A DNA stretch of 32,000 nucleotides from an archaeon (GTDB taxonomy: Archaea; Asgardarchaeota; Thorarchaeia; Thorarchaeales; Thorarchaeaceae): positions 30,001-62,000 of the forward strand of contig JAJRZD010000035.1 in NCBI GenBank assembly GCA_024275415.1, given 5' to 3'. Both the position numbers and the translations under genes were made by a program. The notes beneath the pieces were generated by a model, which saw only the letters and a list, made by a program, of their open reading frames with translations, made no database searches and had not been told where the DNA came from. Shown here in pieces: positions 1 to 8,246 of the stretch. Every line of letters starts with the position of its first letter. Position 1 is the first letter of the stretch.

Positions 1-2
1 TG

Positions 3-695
3 CATAAAGAGCTGGGTGTTGACTTCACATCCGATGAGGGAACTGAAACATCCGACATTTCCGAAAGTGCTGAACTTTCTGAGATAGAGGATACCGACTA
101 TGCTGAAGATGTACCGGCACCAACCTTTGAACCAGTTTCTTCTGAAATAGTACTGGAGCCAGCCGGCACAGATGAGACCTATGAGATTCCAATCACGATA
201 GAATCCGATAGTGAAGATATTGAAACTGCTGATGACACTCCAAGTATGGATTCCCTCGGCATCCCTTCTGAGGGGATTGAAGATGATGAGTCTGTCATCT
301 CGGGTAGCCCACGAGACTTCTCTGATGACTTTGAGCTTGTAGAGCCCGACCCACTGGTCATCAAACCTGAAGATGAGGAATCTTCATATGAAGAGCCATC
401 GGAGCCTCCTATCGATGAGATTTCTGTAGAGCGTCCCCGATATGCTTGGGAGATACCAGTCGCAGGATCAAAATCGGATGAGCACGTTCCAGTGGATTCC
501 CCAGAACCCTCTTCCCCTGCAAAGGAATGGAGTCCCCTTGATGAGCCCTCACCCGAAGACATCGAAGAAGAAACTCCCGATGAACGCGAAGACTCAGCCC
601 TAGAATCACCACCTCCCCCACCTCCTCCGCCCGAAACCGAAGAGAGTGAAGATGAACGCAGACGAAGGGCGCGTCGGCTGTTCTTCGGTGGGTAG
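3..695 (+). CDS. 5'-truncated hypothetical protein with an acidic, Pro-rich disordered C-terminal region, a P8 tract and a terminal RRRRARRLFFGG
   Basis: The frame of ORF 246..695 stays open back to the window edge (HKELGVDFTSDEGTETSDISE...). Composition is strongly E/D/S/P-biased. Eight Pro codons lie at 609..632. Confidence 0.8.
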   Translation, partial: HKELGVDFTSDEGTETSDISESAELSEIEDTDYAEDVPAPTFEPVSSEIVLEPAGTDETYEIPITIESDSEDIETADDTPSMDSLGIPSEGIEDDESVISGSPRDFSDDFELVEPDPLVIKPEDEESSYEEPSEPPIDEISVERPRYAWEIPVAGSKSDEHVPVDSPEPSSPAKEWSPLDEPSPEDIEEETPDEREDSALESPPPPPPPPETEESEDERRRRARRLFFGG

Positions 696-703
696 ACTGA
701 TTC

Positions 704-1525
704 ATGTCTTTCACTTCGTTTGTGGCAGTCGCGGTTCGACGGTCGCCAAGAGAGGCATTGATGACGGCATTGGCAAAGATGCCTTAACCGATTCCCATCA
801 CGCCAACCATCCCGCGGGTAGTGATTAAGCCATCAATCTATGACCCCAACTTGCCTAGAAACACGACTTTTGGGATGATAAAGGCCGTAGTTGACTTTCT
901 TAGAGAGGTCGCTCCGCTGAGCATCGTTGAATCTGACACTCACATTCGGACCGCTGAGGATGCGTTTGACAAGTGCGGGTACAACGCCCTGAAATCCGAC
1001 ACTGTCGAGCTGGTGAACCTGTCAAAGGCGACTCTTGAACCCGTGAAGATGGCCGGTCATTACCTTAATGAACAGGCAGTACCAAAAATCCTTCTCGATA
1101 ACAAATTTATTGTGAACGTTGCCACAGCCAAGAAACAAAAGCTAATCTCCTTTGGAGCTGGAATCAAGAACCTCTTTGGATTGCTGCCCCAGTCTGACAA
1201 ACAGACGCTACACCCTCACATATCTGACATCCTGCTAGATCTACTGCTCTTTTTCAAACCCGATCTGACCATCATCGACCTGACCCAACTATTGCTAAGA
1301 AATCGGTCTGATATGAAACCCCGTCAATTTATCGGGGTTGTTGTCGGAACAGATCCTGTTGCTGTGGATGCATATTGCGCTCATATCACTGGACTAGACC
1401 CATTAGGAGTCGAGTATCTTCGTAAGGCATCAGACCTTGGGATTGGCGAAGCACTTCCAGAAAGAATTCAGGTTTTCGGGACTGAGCATCAAAAACAGAT
1501 ACTGGAATCCATTCAAAAGAATTAA
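704..1525 (+). pseudogene. DUF362-family protein interrupted by one in-frame TAA (785..787)
   Basis: ATG at 704 is in frame with ORF 821..1525 and reads MSFTSFVAVAVRRSPREALMTALAKMP*PIPITPTIPRVVIKP. Motifs VVIKP, IVESD, KNLFG, IID and GTDPVAVDA are typical of DUF362. Confidence 0.75.
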
Positions 1526-1608
1526 TGCCTATCCACAAGTGATATATTGGAACCAGTCATGGAATCCTCCTCCTTCACGGGACATGCATCAGGCGAAGGT
1601 GACGATCC

Positions 1609-2772
1609 ATGGATTGGACCTCACATCACATGCAGGTTATCCCTGCATCCGGCACACTAAGGATTCTCGAAATTGCGAAGAAGATGGAGCGAGAGGGGAA
1701 GAAGGTCTATCATTTTGAGGTTGGGCAACCGGACTTTCCTACACCAGAGAATATCGTGAATGCCGCTATTCAGGCTTTGAAAGATGGGAAAACACGATAC
1801 ACTTCTGCTAGAGGAATTCCCGAGCTCTTAGATGCCATCCAAGAACTTTACGCTCGTCGAAATATCTACATCGAAGGTCGTGAGAATGTCATAGTCACCC
1901 CTGGAGCGAAAATGGCTCTGTTCCAAGGCTTTCTCGCTACCATTGACGTGGGTGATGATGTCCTTCTGCTTGCGCCATCATGGCCGACATACAAGGTAAT
2001 GATTCGCAATGCAGGTGCAAAGCCTGTTGATGTTGATACACGGACTGGTTATGTCCTCGATGAGGAAAAACTGAAGAACAAGATTGGGAATGAGGTTTCT
2101 GCCATCGTCATCAATAGCCCCAATAACCCAACTGGAGGAGTTCTGACAAAGGATCATATGAAACTCATCTATGACCTAGCAACAGACCACAATTTTTTGG
2201 TATTCAGTGATGAAATCTATGAGGAATTGGTATACGATGGCTTTAGTCAGACCTCCATGCTCCAAGTCGATACCAATCTGGAGCGAACGGTCGTGATCAG
2301 TGGGTTCTCAAAGTCCTATTCTATGACCGGGTGGCGATTGGGTTATGCTATTTCATCTCCAGAAACCATCAATAACATGGTTCGCATTCAGCAGAACACT
2401 ACATCATGCGCTACCTCATTTGTTCAATATGCAGGTGTAGAGGCTATAATGGGAGACCAGGGCCCCATCCGCAGGATGCAGGAATCATTCCAGAGGCGAC
2501 GCGATCTCCTCCAGCAGATTTTCTGTGATATTGATGGCATCCACTGCATGAATCCAATGGGAGCCTTCTATGTGTTCCCGGATATGAGCCATTTTGACCT
2601 CACAAGCAGCACACTATCTGAACTCTTGTTGAAACGAACAGGAGTTACATCAATTCCTGGGAAAGTCTTCGGTGAAGCCTACGACCACCATCTTAGATTC
2701 TCCTATTCTGTTTCAGAACAGGACATCCAAGAAGGTATGCAGGCAATGAAGGAATTCCTTCAGGATCTCTGA
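1609..2772 (+). CDS. aspC: PLP-dependent class I aminotransferase (aspartate aminotransferase-like)
   Basis: Motifs GQPDF, NSPNNPTG, SDEIYE and SKSYSMTGWRLG (PLP lysine). Confidence 0.9.
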   Translation: MDWTSHHMQVIPASGTLRILEIAKKMEREGKKVYHFEVGQPDFPTPENIVNAAIQALKDGKTRYTSARGIPELLDAIQELYARRNIYIEGRENVIVTPGAKMALFQGFLATIDVGDDVLLLAPSWPTYKVMIRNAGAKPVDVDTRTGYVLDEEKLKNKIGNEVSAIVINSPNNPTGGVLTKDHMKLIYDLATDHNFLVFSDEIYEELVYDGFSQTSMLQVDTNLERTVVISGFSKSYSMTGWRLGYAISSPETINNMVRIQQNTTSCATSFVQYAGVEAIMGDQGPIRRMQESFQRRRDLLQQIFCDIDGIHCMNPMGAFYVFPDMSHFDLTSSTLSELLLKRTGVTSIPGKVFGEAYDHHLRFSYSVSEQDIQEGMQAMKEFLQDL

Positions 2773-2788
2773 CGGGGCCGCCTATGAT

Positions 2789-3376
2789 ATGCCTCACGAA
2801 ACAGAATGCACCCCTCCCCGATTCTCCTGCATCCACTGTGGTGCTTGTTGCTCTAATAAGGACATGATTGTGACCCTAACTGGTCGTGATATCACGCGCA
2901 TCGCTTTCACCCTGAGTCTGGAGCCTAAACACATGTTGCGGGCTGTCGATTTCTATGTCCAGTCGGATAGCATACCTCTTCCCGATGGGCTGAGGGATGT
3001 TGCCCGTCCCCTTACCGAACAAGGACTTACGATAATCGCTCTTAAAAAGGCACCTTCTGGACAATGCATCTTCCTAGACAATAATCTTTGTATGATACAT
3101 CCTGCACGTCCTGGTGTCTGTAGGGCTTTTCCTTTCACATTTAATGAATTAGAGGATGATATTACTTGGGGATTTAATGCGATGATGTCAATATGTCCTG
3201 GGCTCGGACAGGGCGATGAGATGAATCCATCAGACCTTCATATCACAGCGCAGGAGGTCTTAGAGGACATTGCGATTTACCGACAGTTTGTGATGGAATG
3301 GAATAACACGTTCTCCTCTCATACTGCACTATCACTTTTAGAAAGGATTCTATCGGATCCGCGGTTTTCAGTATGA
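2789..3376 (+). CDS. YkgJ / CxxCxxCC family cysteine-cluster protein
   Basis: Motifs CIHCGACC, CIFL..NLCMIHPARPGVCRAFPF and a downstream CPGLG. Confidence 0.88.
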   Translation: MPHETECTPPRFSCIHCGACCSNKDMIVTLTGRDITRIAFTLSLEPKHMLRAVDFYVQSDSIPLPDGLRDVARPLTEQGLTIIALKKAPSGQCIFLDNNLCMIHPARPGVCRAFPFTFNELEDDITWGFNAMMSICPGLGQGDEMNPSDLHITAQEVLEDIAIYRQFVMEWNNTFSSHTALSLLERILSDPRFSV

Positions 3377-3389
3377 AAACTCGCTGTCA

Positions 3390-4376
3390 TCACAGACGAC
3401 TCAGTATTTGGAGGATGTTCCCAAAATTATGTTCGATTGCTCTTGATTTCTCTGCATATGACTTGAGATATCTTAATCTTTCATCGACTTGAGCCTTTTC
3501 AAGAAAATCTTTTGATCTGATCATCTCGTGAATCTTCTCGTTAAGTTTCAAAATCTCTGTCGAGGATTCGAGTACATGCTTCAGCATCCGTATGAGGAGA
3601 TGAAAGTCATTGATGTCCCTCAGCTGTAGGGTCTGGCTGTAAAATTGGAACTCAAGTCTGGCAAGCTTTTCTCTCATTTTCACCAAGTCAATCAACCACT
3701 TATCCTCATCTGAAGCCTCCAACTGGTGATGCAATTTTCTCCATTTCTGTTGCTGATCGAGAAGCTGGACGAGATATTCGCGAAGAAAGGAGAAATGATC
3801 CACGCCCTTGTCAACATCTTCTTCCGTGCCAATTGATGTCATCAACTCGTCCATCTGACTTAGTTTGACTGCTATCATCAATGAGAACTTGTCTACATAC
3901 CTTTTGACTTCGTCTGTCTTTTCCTTCCTTGTCATGAGGTCTGCAAAGGTATCTGCCAGAGTCAGGATGAACTTGTAAAGGCATTCGCTGCATATTTCAG
4001 CACTCTCATCGCTCTTGGTAGATAGAAACTGTAATGCGTCCTCTAGATCGTTGCCTGGCACATCTTTTCCATGTATTTTCAAAGTCCAGCCTTGTGAGAT
4101 ACAATAGACCTTGTTGTCGGGATAATTGATGTAAATTGATGCATAGCAGACATTCTCATCCTGAGCAAGTTCCTGCGCTATGCTCTCCTTATCCTTGTGT
4201 ATGGCAAAAATGGATGGATCTATCTCCATGACTTCGACTTCAAGGATGTCATCGTTGTTCACACAGAGTCTTTCATCTCCAAATACTTTGAAACACGGAC
4301 ATCCCTTTACAACGCGTATCGCACTCTGTTCCAATTCACTGCCGCGTCCGAGAACATCCATTCTGTAGTACACCAT
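3390..4376 (-). CDS. Hypothetical protein with a Cys-rich N-terminal domain and helical C-terminus (paralogue A)
   Basis: 328 aa ORF with full-length similarity by eye to the adjacent ORF (GCPC, GDERxCxNND, CISQG, CSxCLYK). Confidence 0.85.
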   Translation of the reverse strand: MVYYRMDVLGRGSELEQSAIRVVKGCPCFKVFGDERLCVNNDDILEVEVMEIDPSIFAIHKDKESIAQELAQDENVCYASIYINYPDNKVYCISQGWTLKIHGKDVPGNDLEDALQFLSTKSDESAEICSECLYKFILTLADTFADLMTRKEKTDEVKRYVDKFSLMIAVKLSQMDELMTSIGTEEDVDKGVDHFSFLREYLVQLLDQQQKWRKLHHQLEASDEDKWLIDLVKMREKLARLEFQFYSQTLQLRDINDFHLLIRMLKHVLESSTEILKLNEKIHEMIRSKDFLEKAQVDERLRYLKSYAEKSRAIEHNFGNILQILSRL

Positions 4377-4443
4377 CTTTAGAGTTTCAATATCCTCTAT
4401 GATAAATCAGTACTCCATGCCCAACTCTTTGTTATAGGGCTTT

Positions 4444-5397
4444 TCATTCTGCCCTCACTTCGATTTTTGATAGGAGTGGCATCAGTTTTCGAAAGGACTT
4501 CTCCGACTTTTGCCGCTGCTGTTCTGTTTTTACCAGAACAGACTCTTCGGATTGCGTGAGAGAGCATGCATCCGTTACATAGAGTTTGAGGTCTCTCAAC
4601 TCATCATGGAGTGATAGGATTTTCCGTGTTGTCCCTATCATCAATCGGAGGTGGATTAGAGAGGAACCTTCGTTCTCCCTACGATTGAGGGCATGAACCT
4701 GATGCATGAACACAATCTCTAGCTTCTGGAGGTTCTGGTATGTATGCAGAAGGTTATGTATCTCCTCATCTTGTCGGTTCGATAAGATATTGATCTCCTC
4801 GTAACGTCTTGCTGTATTATCACGGGTCGGAAGGCTGAACTCATGGATGCCATTCACTCTTGTTGTTCTCTCCGTTTCAGCACCTTGGTTGAGATCAGAC
4901 GCTATGCGATTGACAAGATTTCGTGCATAGACATCAATCACCATCTCCTTCTCCTCGTCACTGACCAAATCACCAAAGACATCCGTCAGAGTAAGTAGGT
5001 ACTTGTAGAGACACGAAGAACAAACAACGTCGTCACTACCCATCCCGGACAGCACCACATAGTCCAACGCGTTCCTGATGTCCTCTGCCTTGATATCATT
5101 TTGATTCAATGTGATAGATTGTCCCTGACTAATACAGTGTGCATTGCCATCTCGAGGATCCAGATTCAGTAACCCGTAACAAAGGGTTTCTTTTGTACTC
5201 TCGAATTCCCTCAAATCCTCAACAGAAGACAACTGTGCAAAGAACTGAGGGTCTAGTGTGATGGGTTTGATGGGTGTAATCTCATCATTGTTGATGCAGA
5301 TACGTTCATCGCCGTACTCCTTCAAGCAAGGACATCCCCTTACTATCTGGATGCGATTATCATGTCTGCCTCCAATGATTGGTCCATCCGACAGCAT
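4444..5397 (-). CDS. Hypothetical protein with a Cys-rich N-terminal domain and helical C-terminus (paralogue B)
   Basis: The ORF is open to a GTG at 5478. The ATG at 5397 (MLSDG), with AAGGTCA upstream, matches the N-terminal length of paralogue A better. Confidence 0.8.
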   Translation of the reverse strand: MLSDGPIIGGRHDNRIQIVRGCPCLKEYGDERICINNDEITPIKPITLDPQFFAQLSSVEDLREFESTKETLCYGLLNLDPRDGNAHCISQGQSITLNQNDIKAEDIRNALDYVVLSGMGSDDVVCSSCLYKYLLTLTDVFGDLVSDEEKEMVIDVYARNLVNRIASDLNQGAETERTTRVNGIHEFSLPTRDNTARRYEEINILSNRQDEEIHNLLHTYQNLQKLEIVFMHQVHALNRRENEGSSLIHLRLMIGTTRKILSLHDELRDLKLYVTDACSLTQSEESVLVKTEQQRQKSEKSFRKLMPLLSKIEVRAE

Positions 5398-5507
5398 CCC
5401 TATGACCTTGTGTTCTTCATTGTGCCTTCTAACCCTAGATTGCGTGCTGGCACAAAGGGCAATCCGATTGAATTCCACATTAAGGTATCTTGGACGAACA
5501 CTTCAGG

Positions 5508-5531
5508 GGAGCCACCTTTGAGGGTAGCTCC
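5508..5531 (-). terminator. 9-bp hairpin beginning at the cdrS stop codon (possible terminator or processing site)
   Basis: Minus strand reads GGAGCUACC-cucaaa-GGUGGCUCC, with one G-U pair. There is no clear U-tract. Confidence 0.4.
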
Positions 5532-5671
5532 TATCCCCAAAGCTCCCGCTTTAGCAGGTCTCGTATCGCAATCCTGATCGCTTCGGATCGGTTCGGGTAC
5601 AAATTGCTTTCAACAAGCTTCTCAAGACCGTCAATATACGTTTCTGGGACATGAAGAGTCACGAGCTTCAT
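5531..5671 (-). CDS. cdrS: CopG/MetJ-type ribbon-helix-helix protein, CdrS-like (46 aa)
   Basis: MKLVTLHVPETYIDGLEKLVESNLYPNRSEAIRIAIRDLL carries the xPNRSEAIRxAxRD signature of haloarchaeal CdrS. GGAGATGA lies upstream of the ATG at 5671. Confidence 0.8.
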   Translation of the reverse strand: MKLVTLHVPETYIDGLEKLVESNLYPNRSEAIRIAIRDLLKRELWG

Positions 5672-6042
5672 CAAATCATCTCCAACATATCTCTCTCGAC
5701 TGATGAGCAATATCTCATCATCCAACGTGGTATGCACCACACGGGTATGTGCATCTTACTGCGATATGACTGTGTGTATTACTCACTCGGCATTTGGAGT
5801 ATGACGTTGTTTAGAACGAGATGGTGGTGAGAAGGAGCCAATAGCTCCTACTCTTCTGCGAATGGAACCCACGTTCGCCGGGAGAGAAGAAGTGCGCTCC
5901 AACTCCATGCAAGACACATTACCATAAGTCACCTTGTGTATGTAGCCTAATACTCTCCCATTATTCACATACAACCCGGATAACATTCTCGTTTTGACAA
6001 AAGGTTCATATGCTTACAAATTGATTCTCTCTTAGATTTCGT

Positions 6043-6801
6043 ATGAGTGGCGAGACTCAAATGCAAGATAGCACAGATACCGAGCGTACCTTTGCGACCT
6101 GTATTTTTTGCGGGGAACTTCTTGAAAACAGGGATGTTGTCAAGTATCGCAGTTGGTATGCACATAAAGCGTGCACTACTCGAGCTATGGAGAAACAGGT
6201 GGAAGACTTTGACAAGAAGCCCTTTTACGCAGGAAGCACCAGTCTGTTCTTCGGGGTAATCACCGCCGGCTTATTCTTCCAACTATTTCCGTTCCTCGGC
6301 AGCCTTGAAGACCCTTCTGCTCTGATAGCCATCAATGCGCTCATGGCAGTGACGTTGTTCCTACAGAGCTTTGGCTTTTTCGGGTTTACTATGAGCTTCA
6401 AAGATCCTTATGGCATTGGAAGTGGCATCATCGCTTTGTTGGCTGCGGCTTTCTTCGTGCTTGCCGGATCAAATCTGCAGGTACACGGGTATAATCCAGC
6501 GTATTATGACCCTGAAACTGGTTTTCTTATCCTCTCCATGGTGCCGGGATATTCTTTATCCTACGCGCTTGCGATGTCACTTACTGTCCTTGTCATGTTT
6601 GCTGGGGCTGTATTGATGATGCTCTATGGGGACTACATCGGGACACAGTCCATGAATCGTATAGGCGTAGTTTTCCTCTTCGTGGGTGCGGTGATCACGG
6701 TTCTTGTACCTGGCGGTATCCTCATTGAGGCGATTTCTATTACCGCACTGTTCCTGTTAGTCGATATTCCTAAAGACTGGCAATCCATGACGGACGTCTA
6801 A
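6043..6801 (+). CDS. Multi-pass membrane protein with an N-terminal C-x2-C-x17-H-x2-C zinc finger
   Basis: CIFCGELLENRDVVKYRSWYAHKAC is followed by about 6 hydrophobic segments. Confidence 0.8.
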   Translation: MSGETQMQDSTDTERTFATCIFCGELLENRDVVKYRSWYAHKACTTRAMEKQVEDFDKKPFYAGSTSLFFGVITAGLFFQLFPFLGSLEDPSALIAINALMAVTLFLQSFGFFGFTMSFKDPYGIGSGIIALLAAAFFVLAGSNLQVHGYNPAYYDPETGFLILSMVPGYSLSYALAMSLTVLVMFAGAVLMMLYGDYIGTQSMNRIGVVFLFVGAVITVLVPGGILIEAISITALFLLVDIPKDWQSMTDV

Positions 6802-6952
6802 CATACTGATGGTGTTGTTTTCCCTGATTGGTGGAAACAACCTTCTTTTTCTCTTGTGGTTCATATTCTCCATGTTTTTCTTCTTCCAGCAAAGAATTTA
6901 TGTTAGCATCGTCATTAGTCGAGCTATTGGAAAAACATTAGAGGTTTAATAA

Positions 6953-7726
6953 ATGGCATCAGATGTTGAGTCCTCTGGTAAAGCCGAGGATACGCCAAAG
7001 GTAGCTCAGGAGCTACAGACCCTGAAATGGATCAGGGAACGGCGTTCTATCCGAGAATTTACCGGAGAGAAGATACCCGATGAGCATATCGAAACAATAC
7101 TTGAGGCTGCTCGGCATGCTCCAAGCCCTGAGAATATGCTCATGATTAGATTCATCGTTATCCGCGATGATCAGGAAACCAAGGAGTTCCTCGCAGACAT
7201 CGCGCAGGAGATGGCTCAGACCGCTTTTGGAGGTGCTCCTTTCGAACTCACGAGCGGACGGAACTGGTTCATCTCTGACCCATACCGTGCTGCTGTCTAT
7301 GCACGACTACGGGATGGTGAGCTTTTCCGATATCCTGAGAAAAGCGACACGGTCATCATCGTTTGTGCAAGCGACTCTTGGCATGATGCGGGATACATGT
7401 ATCCCAATGAGCTCTTTGGCTCTGTTGTTGCCGGGATGGCTGTACAAAACATGTGGCTCACAGCAACAGAACTTGGCTATGGTTGTGGTTACGAGGCTCT
7501 CGTCTGTTCAGACCCACGACATGCCGAGCTGATACGTGACAGGCTTGGGATACCCCCAATCTGGCTTCCGCTCACAGCCTTCTGCATTGGTCAGAGAGTT
7601 TCACCAAGGGCACTTGGGCCTAGCAGAGCACCACTGGAAGGCCTGATGTATGAGGAGCGCTGGGGCAAGCCATACACGCGATTAGCTTTCAGGGAGGATG
7701 AGTTAAGCGATGGAATTGACATTTGA
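6953..7726 (+). CDS. Nitroreductase-family flavoprotein
   Basis: Motifs IRERRSIREF, ILEAARHAPS and AVQNMWLTATELGYG. GAGGT RBS upstream and a TTTATGTT TATA-like box at about 6897. Confidence 0.9.
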   Translation: MASDVESSGKAEDTPKVAQELQTLKWIRERRSIREFTGEKIPDEHIETILEAARHAPSPENMLMIRFIVIRDDQETKEFLADIAQEMAQTAFGGAPFELTSGRNWFISDPYRAAVYARLRDGELFRYPEKSDTVIIVCASDSWHDAGYMYPNELFGSVVAGMAVQNMWLTATELGYGCGYEALVCSDPRHAELIRDRLGIPPIWLPLTAFCIGQRVSPRALGPSRAPLEGLMYEERWGKPYTRLAFREDELSDGIDI

Positions 7727-7964
7727 CGACAAGACCTTGGAGAATCTCAAAGAGATTGCCACTGAGGCTGGATTGACGGTCGAAGGGCTCATCATGTGCG
7801 TGATGGAGCAGTTCGTCAACAACAAGGGCGGACGTGTCTACACTGGTCGTTGGTCTGGAGGCGAAGAGGATGGAGTCAAGGGATTCCGATACTGTGTGCA
7901 ATGGCCGTTCAGACCGGGCTTCAAAGAAGCACGAGGCGGCGAAGTTAAGAGGTGGAGTAAATAA
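7710..7964 (+). CDS. Small protein with an N-terminal RHH-like domain and a C-terminal WPF-motif segment
   Basis: MELTFDDKTLENLKEIATEAGLTVEGLIMCVMEQFV fits the beta-helix-helix pattern. It overlaps the upstream stop and has GGAGG upstream. Confidence 0.75.
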   Translation: MELTFDDKTLENLKEIATEAGLTVEGLIMCVMEQFVNNKGGRVYTGRWSGGEEDGVKGFRYCVQWPFRPGFKEARGGEVKRWSK

Positions 7965-8245
7965 TGGCAAAATACAGAAAACATCCAACTGGAGAATGGC
8001 CGTTCTATCCATTCCTCAAGGATGGCGACATCGAACACGAGTATTGGAACACCAAGAAGATGATACATCAGTCCTTTATCAACGACAGAAAAGGACGTAT
8101 CGTCGTCTTGATGGACAATGAAAAGTATGAGGAGTTCCTCAAGAAGATCAAGGAACGCAAAGGCAACTTCTGGGCCACAACGGTGGATGCAGTTATGCAC
8201 GAAGCCATTGAGGACTGGATGAACAAAGAGGAGGAGGCTCAATAG
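7964..8245 (+). CDS. Small protein with an N-terminal WPF-motif segment and a C-terminal RHH-like domain
   Basis: TAATG coupling to the upstream ORF. C-terminus RIVVLMDNEKYEEFLKKIKERKGNFWATTVDAVMHEAIEDWM. Confidence 0.75.
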   Translation: MAKYRKHPTGEWPFYPFLKDGDIEHEYWNTKKMIHQSFINDRKGRIVVLMDNEKYEEFLKKIKERKGNFWATTVDAVMHEAIEDWMNKEEEAQ

Positions 8246-8246
8246 T

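Noticed and set aside
1525-1608. An ATG overlapping the DUF362 stop is in frame with the aminotransferase through two TGA codons (possible selenocysteine)
   Set aside because: The translation is not protein-like, the aminotransferase is full length from 1609, and no SECIS-like element was seen.
5783-5986. 67 aa minus-strand ORF from the track
   Set aside because: It has no recognisable motif or RBS and an atypical composition. The region is better explained as a leader, RNA or short uORF.
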